A DNA stretch of 64,000 nt from Selaginella moellendorffii (taxonomy: Eukaryota; Plantae; Lycopodiophyta): the NCBI RefSeq assembly GCF_000143415.4, contig NW_003314307.1:832378-896377 (forward strand), given 5' to 3'. The notes below the pieces were generated by a model. The model saw only the letters and a program-made list of their open reading frames with translations. It did not search any database and was not told the DNA's origin. The first letter of the stretch is position 1; each line of letters starts with the position of its first letter. The position numbers and the translations under genes are program-made. Below, piece by piece: positions 1 through 13,900 of this stretch.

Positions 1-1560
1 ATAAGATTTATTATTAACATTTCGTAACAGGTATTTCAAAACTCATTGAATAAAGAAAGAGAATTAAGAAAGAGATCAATATAAGTACTTCCTTGTTTGA
101 GAAATAACTAAAGTCCTTAAATGTGGAAAACAAATAAACCACTATGTCAGCGAAGTCTGTAGTTGTAAAATTGCATTTTTTATAAACATTACCTCCAACC
201 CACTATAAACATATAAACTTGTAATACTTATTTGCATCTTGTAAAGTGTTTATACCTTTTAATTTCTAGCAAAACCACTTGTGGTTATTATGGTGTTCAA
301 CGTAAATACATTAATCTATGCATTCATATAAACTTTATTCCTAATGGAAAAGGCAACTCTTTCTCATTTAAGTAAAACTTTGTTTATACCACCATTATAG
401 ATAATTATAATAATTTGTTTATGCTTTATTACTCATGAAACCATAAAACATTTCCATATATTTGCTAATATAAGGAGCTAGTAAATAGTGAGCCAAGGGA
501 GTTGACAAAAATATTCTAATACACTAAAGAATATTTTATTAAGGTTTTAGCTGCAAACAGTTTTATTAATCAGATATTTTAAATAAACTTAGTAATGAAA
601 ATAATATTTACATCTGTTTAACTTACCACCATCTAATCTTTGTGGCAGAGGTTTTGGGTTATATGTTAATTTAATATTCAATAATTAGTATTTATACTAA
701 CTGTAAGTTATTTATTACAATACCAATATCTATTTTTTTCACCTTATGTTCAAACATTATGATGAATCCAAGTTGAACATTTAGATCCATAATATGCAAA
801 GGATGAAAGACTTTCAAAGTTTAATGTTAAAAAAAGTATATGCAATTGCAACTTGGGAATTAGTTGATTGTGATGTTGTGAAAATTCCCATTTACAATAT
901 CACTTTCTTAACTGAAATCTATATACTTGTGATTATGGTATTGTTGATTGATGTTCGTATTTAACTTTTTAACTATATTGCCTTTGAGAATATTGTCTTT
1001 GCTTTCTTTGACCAAGTATTTGTAATGTTCATATGTTTGTTATTTCTCTTCTATTAATACAAAATCAGAAAAGATTTAAATAACTTGAATTGTAATTATG
1101 AAGTTTGTATATTTGTACAAGGCATTGTTGAAAGAAGAATATATCATCTAATCTACAACAAAATGTTGTAAGTTTAAGTGAACAAACACCATAGATCTAT
1201 AATTGGTTTGCTTAAGCGAACTTGAAGTGGTATTGAATAAACTTTAAATATGCTTGGATATTCTAGGATATTCTATAATTTGTGAACATGTTTATAATTT
1301 ATAAAATTCGGAAAAAACTTTCTAGTATATTCTTTTCTATTCCACTATTTGCATCTATCAATTATTGGTGATGATTGACTATCATTTAGTATAGTTTATT
1401 AGATTACTAATCTTGGTTTATAAATTATAAATATGTTTATCATTATTTTTCAATTAAATTATTACTACTATCAAGTAAACCAAGCAAATTATTTACAAGA
1501 TAAGTATTTTCTCAAATAGTTTTATCTCTTCACCATAAGATCCTTTTGCTTGTTTTCAGG
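1..1560. repeat. AT-rich repeat, subfamily A (partial)
   Basis: Near-identical to 14673-16400, 30714-31990 and 58211-59136; carries the shared TACACTAAAGAATATTTT motif. Confidence 0.85.
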
Positions 1561-2044
1561 TACCATATTGGTTTGGATTTCATTGACGGCTCCATCAACC
1601 TTGCATCACACTCTTTCCTCACAAAGCTTACCAACAAGCTCCTGAGAAAAGCTTTTCTCTCATTTTGATTAAGCTCTTCAAATCCATGAGATTAGAGCAT
1701 ATGCCTTCAGTGATACGATGGAGTTCCCTCATTCTGACACAACACTCCTAGTTCTCAGGCAACTCCTAAACACCTAAATAAAAAGTAACTTTCATGAGTA
1801 ACACCTCCTAATACCCTCTCCACAATAAAATTGTATGTCCATTCCCATCCATGTCATTGATGAAAAAGTCAAAGAAGAAGATACTTACCATGTGTAAGGA
1901 GATAAGCTCCAAAGTCTCCATAGCTTTTCATTGCTAAGCTTCAATTTCCTCAAAACAGCTTGGAGATAAAGATTTTAAACTAGTTTGACAGAATTGTGTA
2001 AATGAAGTACCTTGTGAAAGCTATAAGACGAAACAAAAAAGCTA

Positions 2045-2645
2045 TCAACTAATGAAAACAGTATAGTCCCTATGACCATCATGCTTCGTAGGGCACTCTC
2101 CAGTTACTCCAAATGAGTAGTGCAAGAAGTGTGTCATCGTGACACTGATGCCAGAGTACTTCTGAACTTGAGGTAGAAAACTTCTCGAGCATGTCTCCAC
2201 TCTGAGCGAGCACGTGAGTAGTGGATTCCGTCCAGATTTCTCTCCCGGATCTGCGAGTGGAGCCTCTTCTCTGCTAAGTCGCCACGTGCCTTGAGCGCCA
2301 CCATGAAAAGTCTGAGCGTTTGGCTGCTGGTTTGCTCGTAGCACTAAAGAGCAAAGGTTGTTCTCAGCATATCCCAGGAAAGGATGTCTCGCTGCTCCAT
2401 GCAAAGTCTCAGCGTTTGGAGGCAGGCCAGCTTCTCGTTGCATCTGATAGAAGACTTGCATGTTCGTGTTCCAGGCAACCAACGTCATGTTTCTTTGTCC
2501 TCCTGAACACTTCTGATGGTTCCACAGTCCACGAGGCTGCTTGCAACGAATGCATACGGCTTTGTATTCACAATTTGCGAGGTAGACCAACCTATCCTGT
2601 TCTTCGTCCCATCCTGTTGAACAACCTGTGTTGCAAGCCGCAGTG
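2045..2645 (-). pseudogene. Decayed PPR (PLS-type) gene fragment, module P
   Basis: Pieces in different frames: AFVASSLVD, MTLVAWNT, QPNAQTF, LHSQI; these resemble PPR motifs; frameshifted. Confidence 0.6.
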
Positions 2646-2649
2646 TAAA

Positions 2650-3221
2650 GATCACATTACTGCGCTGCTTCCTTTGAGATAACATCCATCGCACGAGGAA
2701 AAAGCACGTGAGCAGCACCAAGATCGCAACCAAAACCAAGAGAAGAAGCTGGAGCAGCGACCACGGCGTCCTCCGAACCACTGTAACTACTGCTGCAGGT
2801 GTTGGTGTGGCCACTGCTGCGTCGTGACCGTCGCAACGATGGTGGTGGTGGGTGGTGGTGATTGTGGCGTCCTCCATGGTGGTGAACAACCAGAGGAGCT
2901 CCATCACCGTGATGATGATGGTACACTGCTGCTGCTGGAGCTGGATGGTGGTGGCAAGCATGATCAAGGATAGCAGGCGCTGGAGCTAGATGAGGAGGGT
3001 TGCCACGAGCAGGTGAACGAAAGCAGCTGGCGCTGGGGCTCGAACTGGAGTGTCACCTTGAAAGCTGGTGCTGGCTCGTGGCCTTGGTGTCCATGGTGGT
3101 GTGCTGGATGTGCTGGAGCTAGAGCTGGAGCTCGCGAGTGTGAAGCTCGGTGATGGCTGCCATGCCAGGGTGCTTGAGCTCGGTGGGCAAGTGTTGGGGC
3201 AGCGTGAGCGCGAGAGACCAT
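2650..3221 (-). pseudogene. His/Ala/Pro-rich membrane protein, copy 1 (frameshifted, 3' truncated)
   Basis: Split across ORFs 2964-3221, 2657-2926 and 2485-2967; after SNVIF it is fused by deletion to module P. Confidence 0.8.
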
Positions 3222-3588
3222 AACTTACCTCTTCGACAGGAGAAAAAATCCAAGCGAGAAAGAGGTAGTGAAAAAAAAATTATGAGTAGAGTCGAGAGCT
3301 CGTGACGCTGTGGATTGTTGGACTTATACTGAGCGCCCAAACCTAGATGTGAACAAATGTTTTTACTCGCTTTTTCAAATCTCTGGAAACTTAGCACTCA
3401 TTGAATGCGAGTCATGGAGCTCATAGAGACACAAGCCATCAGCATGCACAAAGTACAAAAAAAGTGGGAAGAAGAAACACAAGATAAATGTTTATCCATT
3501 GCTGTTTTTAGGTCTCACAGTGCAACATCCATCCAACACTAGTAAAATCGCTCAAAACGCCTGGAACGATCCAATAATCGAACATATT

Positions 3589-3661
3589 TGGAGATGCTGG
3601 GTATCGATCCCAGTGCCTCTCGTGTGCTAAGAGAACGCTCTACCAGCTGAGTTACATCCCC
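3589..3661 (-). pseudogene. tRNA-Ala(AGC) pseudogene
   Basis: 73-nt GGGGATG...CATCTCCA; D stem and anticodon stem disrupted. Confidence 0.85.
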
Positions 3662-3859
3662 TTAGCAAAGAAAGCACCATTCTAATACTCATCCTTGGAG
3701 ATTCTGGCATTTTTTGTTGCATTTCAAGAGCCTTTTGAGTGATGACCTTTGGAAAGACCACCATCTCCAGCAGGTTTCTATAGGAAAGCATCTGCATCTG
3801 CAGGCAACCATGAAGAATGTTACTAATGCTTATAATAATAGTAATAGTATTCACAAGAG

Positions 3860-6790
3860 GAGGACAAAAAGAGAGTGTTATTCAAGAGGATGAGTAAAGC
3901 AATTGGTAGAACCAACACAATATAAATCAATTATATGATCTTCAATAGCAATCAAATTGTATAAACACTAATATTATTTGGTATTTTGGTTTGCTAGTAA
4001 ACATATTTAGCTACATAATTGTATAGCTAAAAGTCTTTTAAATGAGTAACTTTTTTTTCTTACAAAATTTCAAAATTGGAAACATCACCTTTACATTCTT
4101 TCAAAGCTTAAATGCATTTTCTTTTGGTCTCTCATAGCCTCTGAACAAAAAAATAGAGATATTGGGCACGCTTGATTAATTCAAAGAAACTAATTACTAA
4201 AAGATTACTAGGTGACGAAACTTGTAAGTTGTAACAAGGAAATCAAGGAGTCATTTTAAAAATATTTTCGTAAACTAAAGAATATTTTCTAAAATTTTTA
4301 CTGGCAAACAGATATTTTAAACAAAATAGTAATTTAAATAATAACTAGATCTGACATTTTAGAGGTTTTTATTTGTGACCTAATTTGAATAATAAATTCA
4401 CAATATTTAGTATTTCTAAATATAAATTATTACTATAAAATTCCAATTTATATGTTAAAATTTATTTATAAATATATCAAATTCAAATAAAATTCTAATA
4501 ACTAGTTCTTCTCCAATATCTTTGATTCCTTTGACCATGCATTTGTAATGTTAAGGAACATTAATTTCTGTAGAAAAGTGAGATTGTTATTATAGTTGTA
4601 AAGTGTTCATTTCAAATTTAAACCCTATTTCAACTAAAGCATAAAACTCCAAATTCATCATTTTCACCCAAATAACTAAATATATGGTATATCTTCTGGT
4701 TTTTGGATAATTGACATTGCACAGACCATGTGTAGAACCTTCATAGGACATAACCATATGAATTGATCACATTGTTCTGGAGGATTCCCATGTTGTTTTC
4801 ATCAACAAAAACAATCAGTTAGAGTGTGTAAAGTTCATATAATAATTTTCTTACCACATAATATTTCTCCAATCCAAACAAAATATTTGGCTGTAGAACC
4901 TACTCTAGGTTGACATTAACCTCACTAAATCTCATGAATACTTTGTTCTTTGACTTGGCTTTTAATTGCTCAAAAGCATTGGTCCTTTGTGTTCTATAGT
5001 TACATACTCATGCTTGGGATGTGCAAGTTTTTGGATTGCATGGGCTCACTTACTCATTGTTTTCTTCTAATAGTTTTAAGGTTTTCAATTGGTTTTAATG
5101 CAAATTAAATTCCAACAGCATTTAAAGTTGATCCCATCACTTTGTGAGGTTGTGAATAAGAGGTTGTGTCAATGTTGTAGTAAATAAACATTCCACCAAA
5201 TCCTTAAAATTATATGTATTTTATTATAACTTAGCCTTTTATATAAGAGTGCATAAAAGTCTATTGTAAGATAGAGATGACCAAATCATTCTAGAAAGTT
5301 TTATATTAAAATATGCATTTAGAGAAACTTTTTTTTGATAGTGGGTAGCAAGTATTTTAAAACTCATTTAATAAAAAAAGAGAATTAATAAAGAAATCAA
5401 TGCTAGTAGTTCTTTATCTGAGAAATAATTAAAGCTTTTAAATGTAGAAAATGACTAAACCACCATACTAGCTAAGGTTTTAGTTCTAAACTTGTATTCC
5501 ATGTAAACATTATGTTCAACTTACTAAAATATATGAACTTGAATTACTTGTTTAAATCCTTTAAAGTGTTTGTACATTTTAAACTCTAGCATAACCAGTT
5601 GTGCTTATCATGGTATTCAACTTAAATGCATTTTCTATGTGTTCATGTAACTTTACTCTTAATGAAGAAGGCAACTCCTCTTTCAGATGATTAAACTTTA
5701 TTTATGTGACCATTACACATAATTCTAATACCTCAATGTTTTTGTGCTTTATTACTCATGAAACTATAAAGCATTTGTGGTGTTGAAAATTTTATTTCAA
5801 CTTGGTTTGTGTTGTTCAAAATAGAACTTAAAATGACATTTCTCTTAAACAACTATCACCATCAAGGATTATGCTCTATATAAAAGGATTTTTGAATAAA
5901 GAGAAATTAAATAAAGGAGTTCACAAAAATATTTTTATACACTAAAAAATATTCTATTAATGTTTTAGCTGTAATATATTTATTAAACAACTATTTTAAA
6001 AAATAGTAATTTAAGTATCTAATATTTATGGGCAATATTTGCTATTTGATCACCTAATTTAGAGAAGAAATTATTATTTTTAATATTTAATATTTATTAC
6101 TTATACTAATTATTAAAATTATACATCTATATTATGTTTTCATTACCTTTTTAGTGTAATTACAAGAAATGCCCTATATTTTTTTCAATGTAATTTATAG
6201 ATAAAATTTATTTTAATTTTAAATACAATATCAATATCTATTTTTTTCACCTCATATTCAGATGTTATAATGAATCCAAAGTTTAACAATTGGATCCATC
6301 CTATGTAAAGGATAAAATACTCTAGAATTTTAACATTTAAAGAATTATATGTAATTGCAACTTTGTTGTAAAGCTGTCTATTTACAGTGTCACGTCCATA
6401 ACTGAGAATCATATACTCATGATGATGGTATTGTTGCTTGATGTTGATCTTTTACTTTTAACTATAATGCCTTTGAGTATGTTGTTTTTGCTTCCTTTGA
6501 CCAAATATTTGTAATCTTCACATATTTGTTATTTCTCGTCTACTAATATGAAATCAAGAAAGATTTTAAAACTTGAATTGTAATTATAAAGTTTGTATAT
6601 ATGTACTGGGCATGGTTGAAGAAGAATATAACATCTAATCTACAATAAAATCTTGGAGAAAATTAAGTCCCATATATACTAATTAAAAAAATTCTATATA
6701 CTAAAAATACATTTGTGAATAGGCTTGTTTAGATTTAAAGTGACCAAACACTATAAATCTATAATTGGTTTGCTTAATCAAACCTAGCTA
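3860..6790. repeat. AT-rich repeats, subfamilies C and B in tandem; contains the empty Gypsy insertion site (CTAG-ATCT-GAC near 4348)
   Basis: Homologous to 19600-20265 plus 23766-26130, and to the inverted copies 44538-45200 and 37910-39943. Confidence 0.85.
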
Positions 6791-9700
6791 TCTATAATAA
6801 TAAGAACGAAGGGCCTAGACCCCCGCAGCTGTCCAATCACGGGCTCGGAAGCCATGGTTCTCAAGAAGGGGAGGCCACCCCAAGCCCAGGCCAAGGCCAG
6901 TGGCCATGGTTAACGGGAATATTGGCTCAATGTTGTGGCAGCCAATGGGCGGGATGCACATGTGGCCGTGAAAGGAAGAGGGCGTGGTGACAACTATTAT
7001 GCCATGCACTCCTAGGGCTCCATGGCTACTCTGCTCAGACAAGGTTGTGTGGGCATTCCCATGAGAGTCTGTGTGTCTGTAAGCTCCTAGAGGAGGTAAT
7101 AGGGGTGAGAAGAATGGTAGTTGGGCACACAATCTAGGTTCCTCTCGGGATCAACTCAAGACTGTGAGAGGCAAATTGGCTCATCTCCAACTCAACAAAG
7201 CTTTGATCCCTGTTCACCACTGCCTCAAGAGCTCTATAGCTTTGGCCTACAAGAAAGCAATTATCAAGGACACTCCCTCTTCATCCCCAGATTCTCTTGA
7301 GAAATCCCTTGCTGCTGGGCCTAGTGAGGCATTGTTGTTTCAGCACATGCTTGGGATCAACTCCGTTTGTAGGAACCAGGTGTTTCGAGTTGATGTAGGG
7401 CTGTCGAGTTACTGTGCCAGCCAACACTACTCCTGAAGTTTTGGAAATCTGACATGGCACTAATGTCTAGGTTCTCTCAAAAGAGAAGGAGAAGGAGAAG
7501 GTGCCACCACAGGCATCACCTGGTTTAGCTTCGTTTTTAGATCAAGGTAAGTTGTAAGTTTGGATATCTTTCTATTTTATGATGAGATTTTTTTTCTGTC
7601 CGATACTGCTTCGGTCAAATCTAAAATTTAGTTCCAGTTTCCGAGATTCCGAGGGCTGGTTTCAACAATGCGTGCTTATGGGCTTTCTCAGGTGTCTGGG
7701 ATGCTATGCTAGGTAACCTGATGCTAGCGTAGGAGCAACACTTGGGGCTGCAGCTCAAAATTGCAAAGCTGTGGATTATGAGGCAGAGATTGGTAAACAC
7801 AACATTGGAGTTATTACGTTGTTCTTGAGTGTGTTTCGCAAAAGTCTAATATTTCCCTTTCAGATCATTACATAGTTGTGAATTTTATATATTTCCAACT
7901 GTAGTCTGCATTTCTATTCTGCATAAACTTCTATACAAACTCAATTAAAAATATATATATAAAAGCTTCAAATCTATAATCAAACTGACGGAAAATGCCT
8001 CACCCTTGCCATCTTTTAAAGATTTAGATGCCTCTAAAACTATGATTGATCATGATACACATACTATAGCTGTTCAAAATAATCATGATAATGATTCTAT
8101 ACACCATAATATTAAAATTGGAGGTAATATAACTTGGTTATTCTGGCAACACATTGAAGAGTTTTCATCTTTAAAATGCAATGCATTACAAAAAATACAA
8201 ACAAATGATAAACTACCGATATTAAAATTTATAATGTTAAAGTCATTATAAATGCTATGGCTTGCTAGTGTGGTATTCATGGGTGGGAGTGGTGGATTTA
8301 ATATTGCTTATAATCATTATTATGATCACCTTTACCATTTGATATTAGACACTACAATAATGCTCTTGCTTTTGCATCTATGTCTTCTAATATTGATATT
8401 GTAAAAGCTCATGGTCCTTATTACTTTAAAATCCATGGTCAAATATATCATAATATTGTATCAACACATCCTTCTGAAGGTTAATATAAAACTTATGGAC
8501 AACTTTATATGCTTGATACTCTAGAAGCTATATATATAAGAAAGCAAAACCCTTTTAATTCAAGATGTAAGACAAACTTATTTAAACATCTTGATGCTCT
8601 CCTTCATCATGCTCAAGCTTTCAAAATGATGTATGAAATGGAACAAGAAGAAATTTGTTTTGCTACATTTTCAAGTTATCTTATATATGGTGTTTACATG
8701 TTATTAAAAACTGAAGGAACTGATCCATGATGATATAATGCTCCATGGACAAATGATGTTGTTGTTGTGTTTGTTAGTGATGATGGAGAACTACCACATA
8801 GTCGTGAAATTTGTATATATCCAATTGTAAGCAATTCTATATGTATCTCAACTCTTGATTATAATTGTGATCCTGTGGTTTACCCATTAATATTTCATTT
8901 TGGTGACAAAGGTTAGCACAAAAATATTTTTAATTCCGGATGTCGAATTAGATTACTCCAATATTATGCATACTATTTATCTATAAGAGACACAATACAC
9001 TTTTATTTTGATCAAATTTTACATGCAGGAAAACTCACACAATAATATATAGTTGATGCTTATGTAAAAGTTGAAAGCAATAATTTGAATTACTATTGCA
9101 CTCATCAGATAAAATTGCAAGTTGAAATGTATACTGGTCTTATGGATTATAATGCAAACTGTGCTACTAATGAAAATATAAATCCAGAAAAGATTTTTAT
9201 TTTACCTTCAAGTTTTGGGGGTGGCCCTAAAGCAATGCAACAAAATTATCAAAATGCAATGGCTATAGTTATTCATTTTTTAAAACCAGATCTTTTCATT
9301 ACTTTTACATGCAATTCCAAATGGCCACAAATTTCTAAATACTTACATCCAAATGAAGGCCTTGAAGATCATCCACGCTTGGTTTCTAGAGTATTTCATA
9401 TCAAGCTTAAAGAATTTTGAATGATATTACTAAAAAATATATTTTTGGAAATTGTATTCCTTTTATATATGTAATTGAATTTCAAAGGAGAGGCCTTCCA
9501 CATTGTCACTTTCTAGGGATTTTATCTCATGAAAACAAAATTAAAGACTGTGGTGCTATTAATCAATACATAATGGCACAATTGCTTAATCCTCAAGATG
9601 AACTTAAAATTTCTAAAATAACTACCTTTAATATGATACATGGTCCATGCAAGCCTCTTTACCCTAATACTCCTTGCATGGAAAATGGCATTTTCTCAAA

Positions 9701-12229
9701 AGGTTATCCAAAAAAATTTAATTATGAAACTACTTTTAGTGTTGATAGAAATCTAGATTATTATAGACCTGATAATGGCAACATAATTCTAAAAATTGGG
9801 TGCTATATTAATAATTATTGGGTAGTGCGCTATAATAAATAACTTTTAAAAAAATATAATGCTCATATTAATATTGAAATTTGTGCTACTATAAAAAGTA
9901 TTAAATATTTATTTCAATATGGTTATGATTGTGCTACAATTGAAATCCATTCGACAACCCAACAACTTAATAATATTTTAAATTGGGATGAAATCTCAAC
10001 TTTTTAAATACACATTATATATCTGCTCCAAAAGCAATATAGAGATTTTTTAAATTTAAAATGCATAACTATTCGACCCCTATAATCTGTCTTCCTATCC
10101 ATCTTTCAAATTTTCAAAACATCTATTTTATAAAGGGTTCTGAACAAATGGCACTTCAAAAAGCTTCTCAAAATGATACAATATTGACAAAATGGTTAGA
10201 ATTAAATATAAATGACCGAAATGCTAGATAATATATATATCTTGATACTGTCCTTTATATTATACATTTAACCTTCATACTCATAATTGGCAAATTTGAC
10301 ATACAACAAATGTCATGCCCCAAATGTATTATGTGTCTCCATCTAATGTTGAACTATATCATTTACATCTTATTTTACTCTATAAAAAAGGTGTTACATC
10401 TTTCAAAAATCTCTAAACAATTAACAATATTTATTATGACACATTTCAACAAGTTGTAAATGCAATGGGGCTTATATCTAATGATATCGAATGGGAAAAA
10501 TGTTTAGAAGATGCTTACTTTTTTAAAATGCTATCACAATTAAGACAATTATTTGTATTACTTTGTACCTTTTGCACTCCAAAAGATCCTTACTTTTTAT
10601 GGGATAAATTTAAAGACTTCCTTTCTAAGAATTTCATGCAAAAAAATCCAATTTTTCATTATGAATATGCTTTACATGATATAAATATTAAAATGAAAAT
10701 GCATGGCAAAATTAATCAAAATTACCATCTACCTTTCCTGTCTAAAAATTTTGATAATGAAAATAATGTCAACTCAACACAAATATATCAAAATGTTGAA
10801 CAAAATATTCCTTGATTTAATCAAGAATAGTTAAATATTTTTAATGATATTCTTAATGTTATTGATCACCCAACTAAGCATAATCAATAAATTCTCATTG
10901 ATGGCCTTGGTAGTATTGGTAAAACATTTTTTCTTAACACTCTTATAAATATTTTACAACTAAAAAAATAAATGTTGTTAGCATGGCTTGGATAGAAATT
11001 GCAAGTACTTTACTTTATAATAGCCAAACTTCACATGCTACTTTTATATTTCTTATTCCAATAAATGAAACATCAACTTTTATAACTACTAATAGTGAAG
11101 CAGGTATAAGAATCAAAACTATTAACGTATTGTTATGGGATGAAATAAGTATAGTTCACATTGATGCATTCACTGTTGTTGATCGAGTGTTGCGAGGCTT
11201 AAAAATACATCATTACCTTTTGGTGGCATAATTATTGTCACTAGTGGGGACTTTAAACAGACACTTTCAGTCATTCCACATGGACATAGGGCATAAATTG
11301 TTTCAAGTTTTATAAGAATGAATAAATTATAAAGATTATTTAGAAAATTATCTTTGAAAACAAATATGTGACTTGTTGAAAGTGATAAATCATAGGCTGA
11401 ATGGATTTTCAAAGTTGGAAATGGTGAAAATTTTCAAAATTTACCATCTTTACCTTCTAACTCCATTTTATTACCTCATATACAACTAATTTATTCATTT
11501 ATTATTGATTTTGTCTACCCTTTAGTACTTGATATTTCAAACCCTATCAAGTCATATTTACCCCACTTAATGATGAATATTTGCAATCAATAACACTATT
11601 GTATCTAAGGTGATACATATATCTACAAAAGTGTTGATTTTGTTGATACTAAACATCTTAAAAAATTTCCAATAGAATTCCTAAATTTTATCACACCTTT
11701 TGGTCTCTCACCATATAAACTCTCTCTCAAACAAGGTGCTATTCTTATCCTCCTAAGGAATATGCCTCCATCAGCAAAACTATGCAATGGCATATGTCTC
11801 ATCTTGAAAAATGCACTACCAAATGTTTTAGACTATGAAATTCTGATGGGGCAATTTAAAAGGACAAGAGTTTTTATCCCATGTATCGCACTAATACCAT
11901 CAAATACAAAAATTCCATTCAAAATGTTCAAAAGACAATTTCTAATTCTTTTAGGTTACTACTTAACAATCCCCAAATGCTAAGGATAGATATTTGACTG
12001 AGTTGGAGTTTACTTGCCCCCCCCCCTAGTTTTCATTCATGGGCAAATTTATGTGGCTTTATCAAGATACACATCACCACATGGCATTAGAATCAAAGTT
12101 CAAAACATCACACGCCAAGGCCACCTCTTTCCTTAAAATCCTTCTGTTTTTACAATTAACACTGTTTATAAAGAAGTTTTATATTAAACCTCTTTATAAA
12201 CCACCCAGCATTTGCTGGGCAAGTACTCA
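6791..12229 (+). mobile_element. Full-length degenerate autonomous-type Helitron
   Basis: 5' end A|TCTATAATAATAAG; 3' hairpin CCCAGC-ATTT-GCTGGG (12204-12219) followed by degenerate CTCA; RepHel coding remnants inside. Confidence 0.9.
7994..12185 (+). pseudogene. Helitron Rep/PIF1 helicase (RepHel) pseudogene
   Basis: PDLFITFTCNSKW, YVIEFQRRGLPHCH (HUH motif), NAHINIEIC..IKYLF, degenerate Walker A (GSIGKTF), WDEIS, PFGG..GDFKQTL, LCNG, HGQIYVALSR; many stops and frameshifts. The 5' boundary is approximate. Confidence 0.95.
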
Positions 12230-13005
12230 TCTATCACAATAAGGAGTTGCTGAAGTTGGGCACACAATCCAGACTCCTTTCGGGATCAACTTGCTTGCAA
12301 GCGGTGCATGAGCAGCACCACAGTCAGGGCTGGTGAGGGAGTGCACCATAAATGAAGAGCTGGGCTATGCTTGGGTGGAGCTGACTGGCACCATGGTAGC
12401 AGGTGTGGGTGATGCAAGGTATGCGAGTGACCAGATGGTGTGTGCAACCTGAAGGCGTCAAAGGAGTACTTTGAGCTGTCAAAGGAGGGGAAGCTGAAGA
12501 AGCTGAAATACACTGCCAGTGATCCTCCAGCATCCGCCCAAAGAGATTGAGAGCCGAGGCTACATCTCCTTGGTGGGAGTAGCTGGAGATGATTGCGTTC
12601 CAAGTTACAGCGTCACATCCTGTGCTGGCCACTGAGTTGAAAACTTCACAAGCTTCCACCATGCAGCCACACTGTCCGTAGAAGCCAAGAAGAGAGTTCA
12701 CAACAACCACCTCGGCTTCCATCTCGGCATGACAGATCTGCTGGTGGATGGCACTTCCAGTCTCCAGAGCCTTGGAGCTCCCACAGGCCTGGAGCGCAGT
12801 GGTGTAAGTTGGAGCATCAGGTACAAGGCCTTGGACTTGCTGCATCTGCAAGAAGAGATCCAGTGCAGCTGGTGCTTGCTCCGCCTGGATGTATCCGAGC
12901 ATCAGTGTTGTCCACGAGACAACATCGTGCCTCTCCATCCAGTCAAAAACTCTCCACACATCCACCTCTTTGTAAACCACCCAGCATTTGCTAGGCAAGT
13001 ACTTG
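12230..13005 (+). mobile_element. Non-autonomous mini-Helitron carrying a PPR fragment
   Basis: Starts TCTATCACAATAAG; 12257-12292 resembles 7119-7157; ends with the same ~39-nt terminus and hairpin (12965-13005) followed by T. Confidence 0.7.
12324..12998 (-). pseudogene. PLS-class PPR fragment (open 224-aa frame, about 3-4 motifs)
   Basis: WRVFDWMERHDVVSWTTLMLGY, PDAPTYTTALQACG, VVVNSLLGFYGQCG, DAVTWNAIISSY; the nominal start lies inside the Helitron terminus. Confidence 0.9.
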
Positions 13006-13208
13006 TATTCAAATATAGATTCTAGGATATTTTAATAACTAATAGTTGTTGTTCATTTATATTAATATTTTTATTTATAATTTATAATCTTCACTAAACA
13101 CTTTCTAGTATATTCTTGTTTATTCTACTATTGATATGGAATAATATTAATCTTGACTCCTATGTTTATAACCATTGATCAATTAAAATACTCAATGAAT
13201 GATACTAA

Positions 13209-13900
13209 CTATTGTCTCTCATATTTTTTATCCTTCACCATGGTGTGCCAGCTAAGACCCTTTTGCGTCTTTTCAGGTACCATGGGTTTCATGGACGGCT
13301 CCATCAACCTTGCATTCCTTGCAAAGTTTACCAACCTCCCAAGAAAAGCTTTTCTCTCATTGAGCAAGCATGCTGAGTAGTGGATTCCATCCAGATTTCT
13401 CTCCCAGATCTGTGAGTGGAGCCTCTTCTCTGCTAAGTCGCTGTGTGCCTTGAGCGCCACCATGAAAGTCTGAGCGTTTGGCTGGCTGGCTTGCTCATAG
13501 CACTCAAGAGTAAAGGTTGTTCTCAGCATATCCCAGGAAACGATGTTTTGCTGCTCCATGCAAAGTCTCAGCGTTTGGAGGCAGGCCAGCTTCTCGTTGC
13601 ATCTGATAGAAGACGTGCTGTTCGTGTTCCAGGCAACCAACGTCATGTTTATTTGTCCTCCTGAACACTTCTGATGCTTCCACATGTCCACGAGGCTGCT
13701 TGCGACGAATGCATCGGCTTTGTATTCACAATTTGCGAGGTAGACCAACCTATCCTGTTCTTCGTCCTATCCTGTTGAACAACCTGTGTTGCAAGCCGCA
13801 GTGTAGACTTTGACCATACTTTCACAATTGCACTTGCTTGATTCCCAGCTTGACTCTGGAGAAACTTATCTGGCTGCTATGCCCTGCACTGCTTCTTCTC
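13209..13900 (-). pseudogene. Decayed PPR fragment, module P
   Basis: DAFVASSLVDM, QPNAQTFMVALKA, RLHSQIWERNL. Confidence 0.6.
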
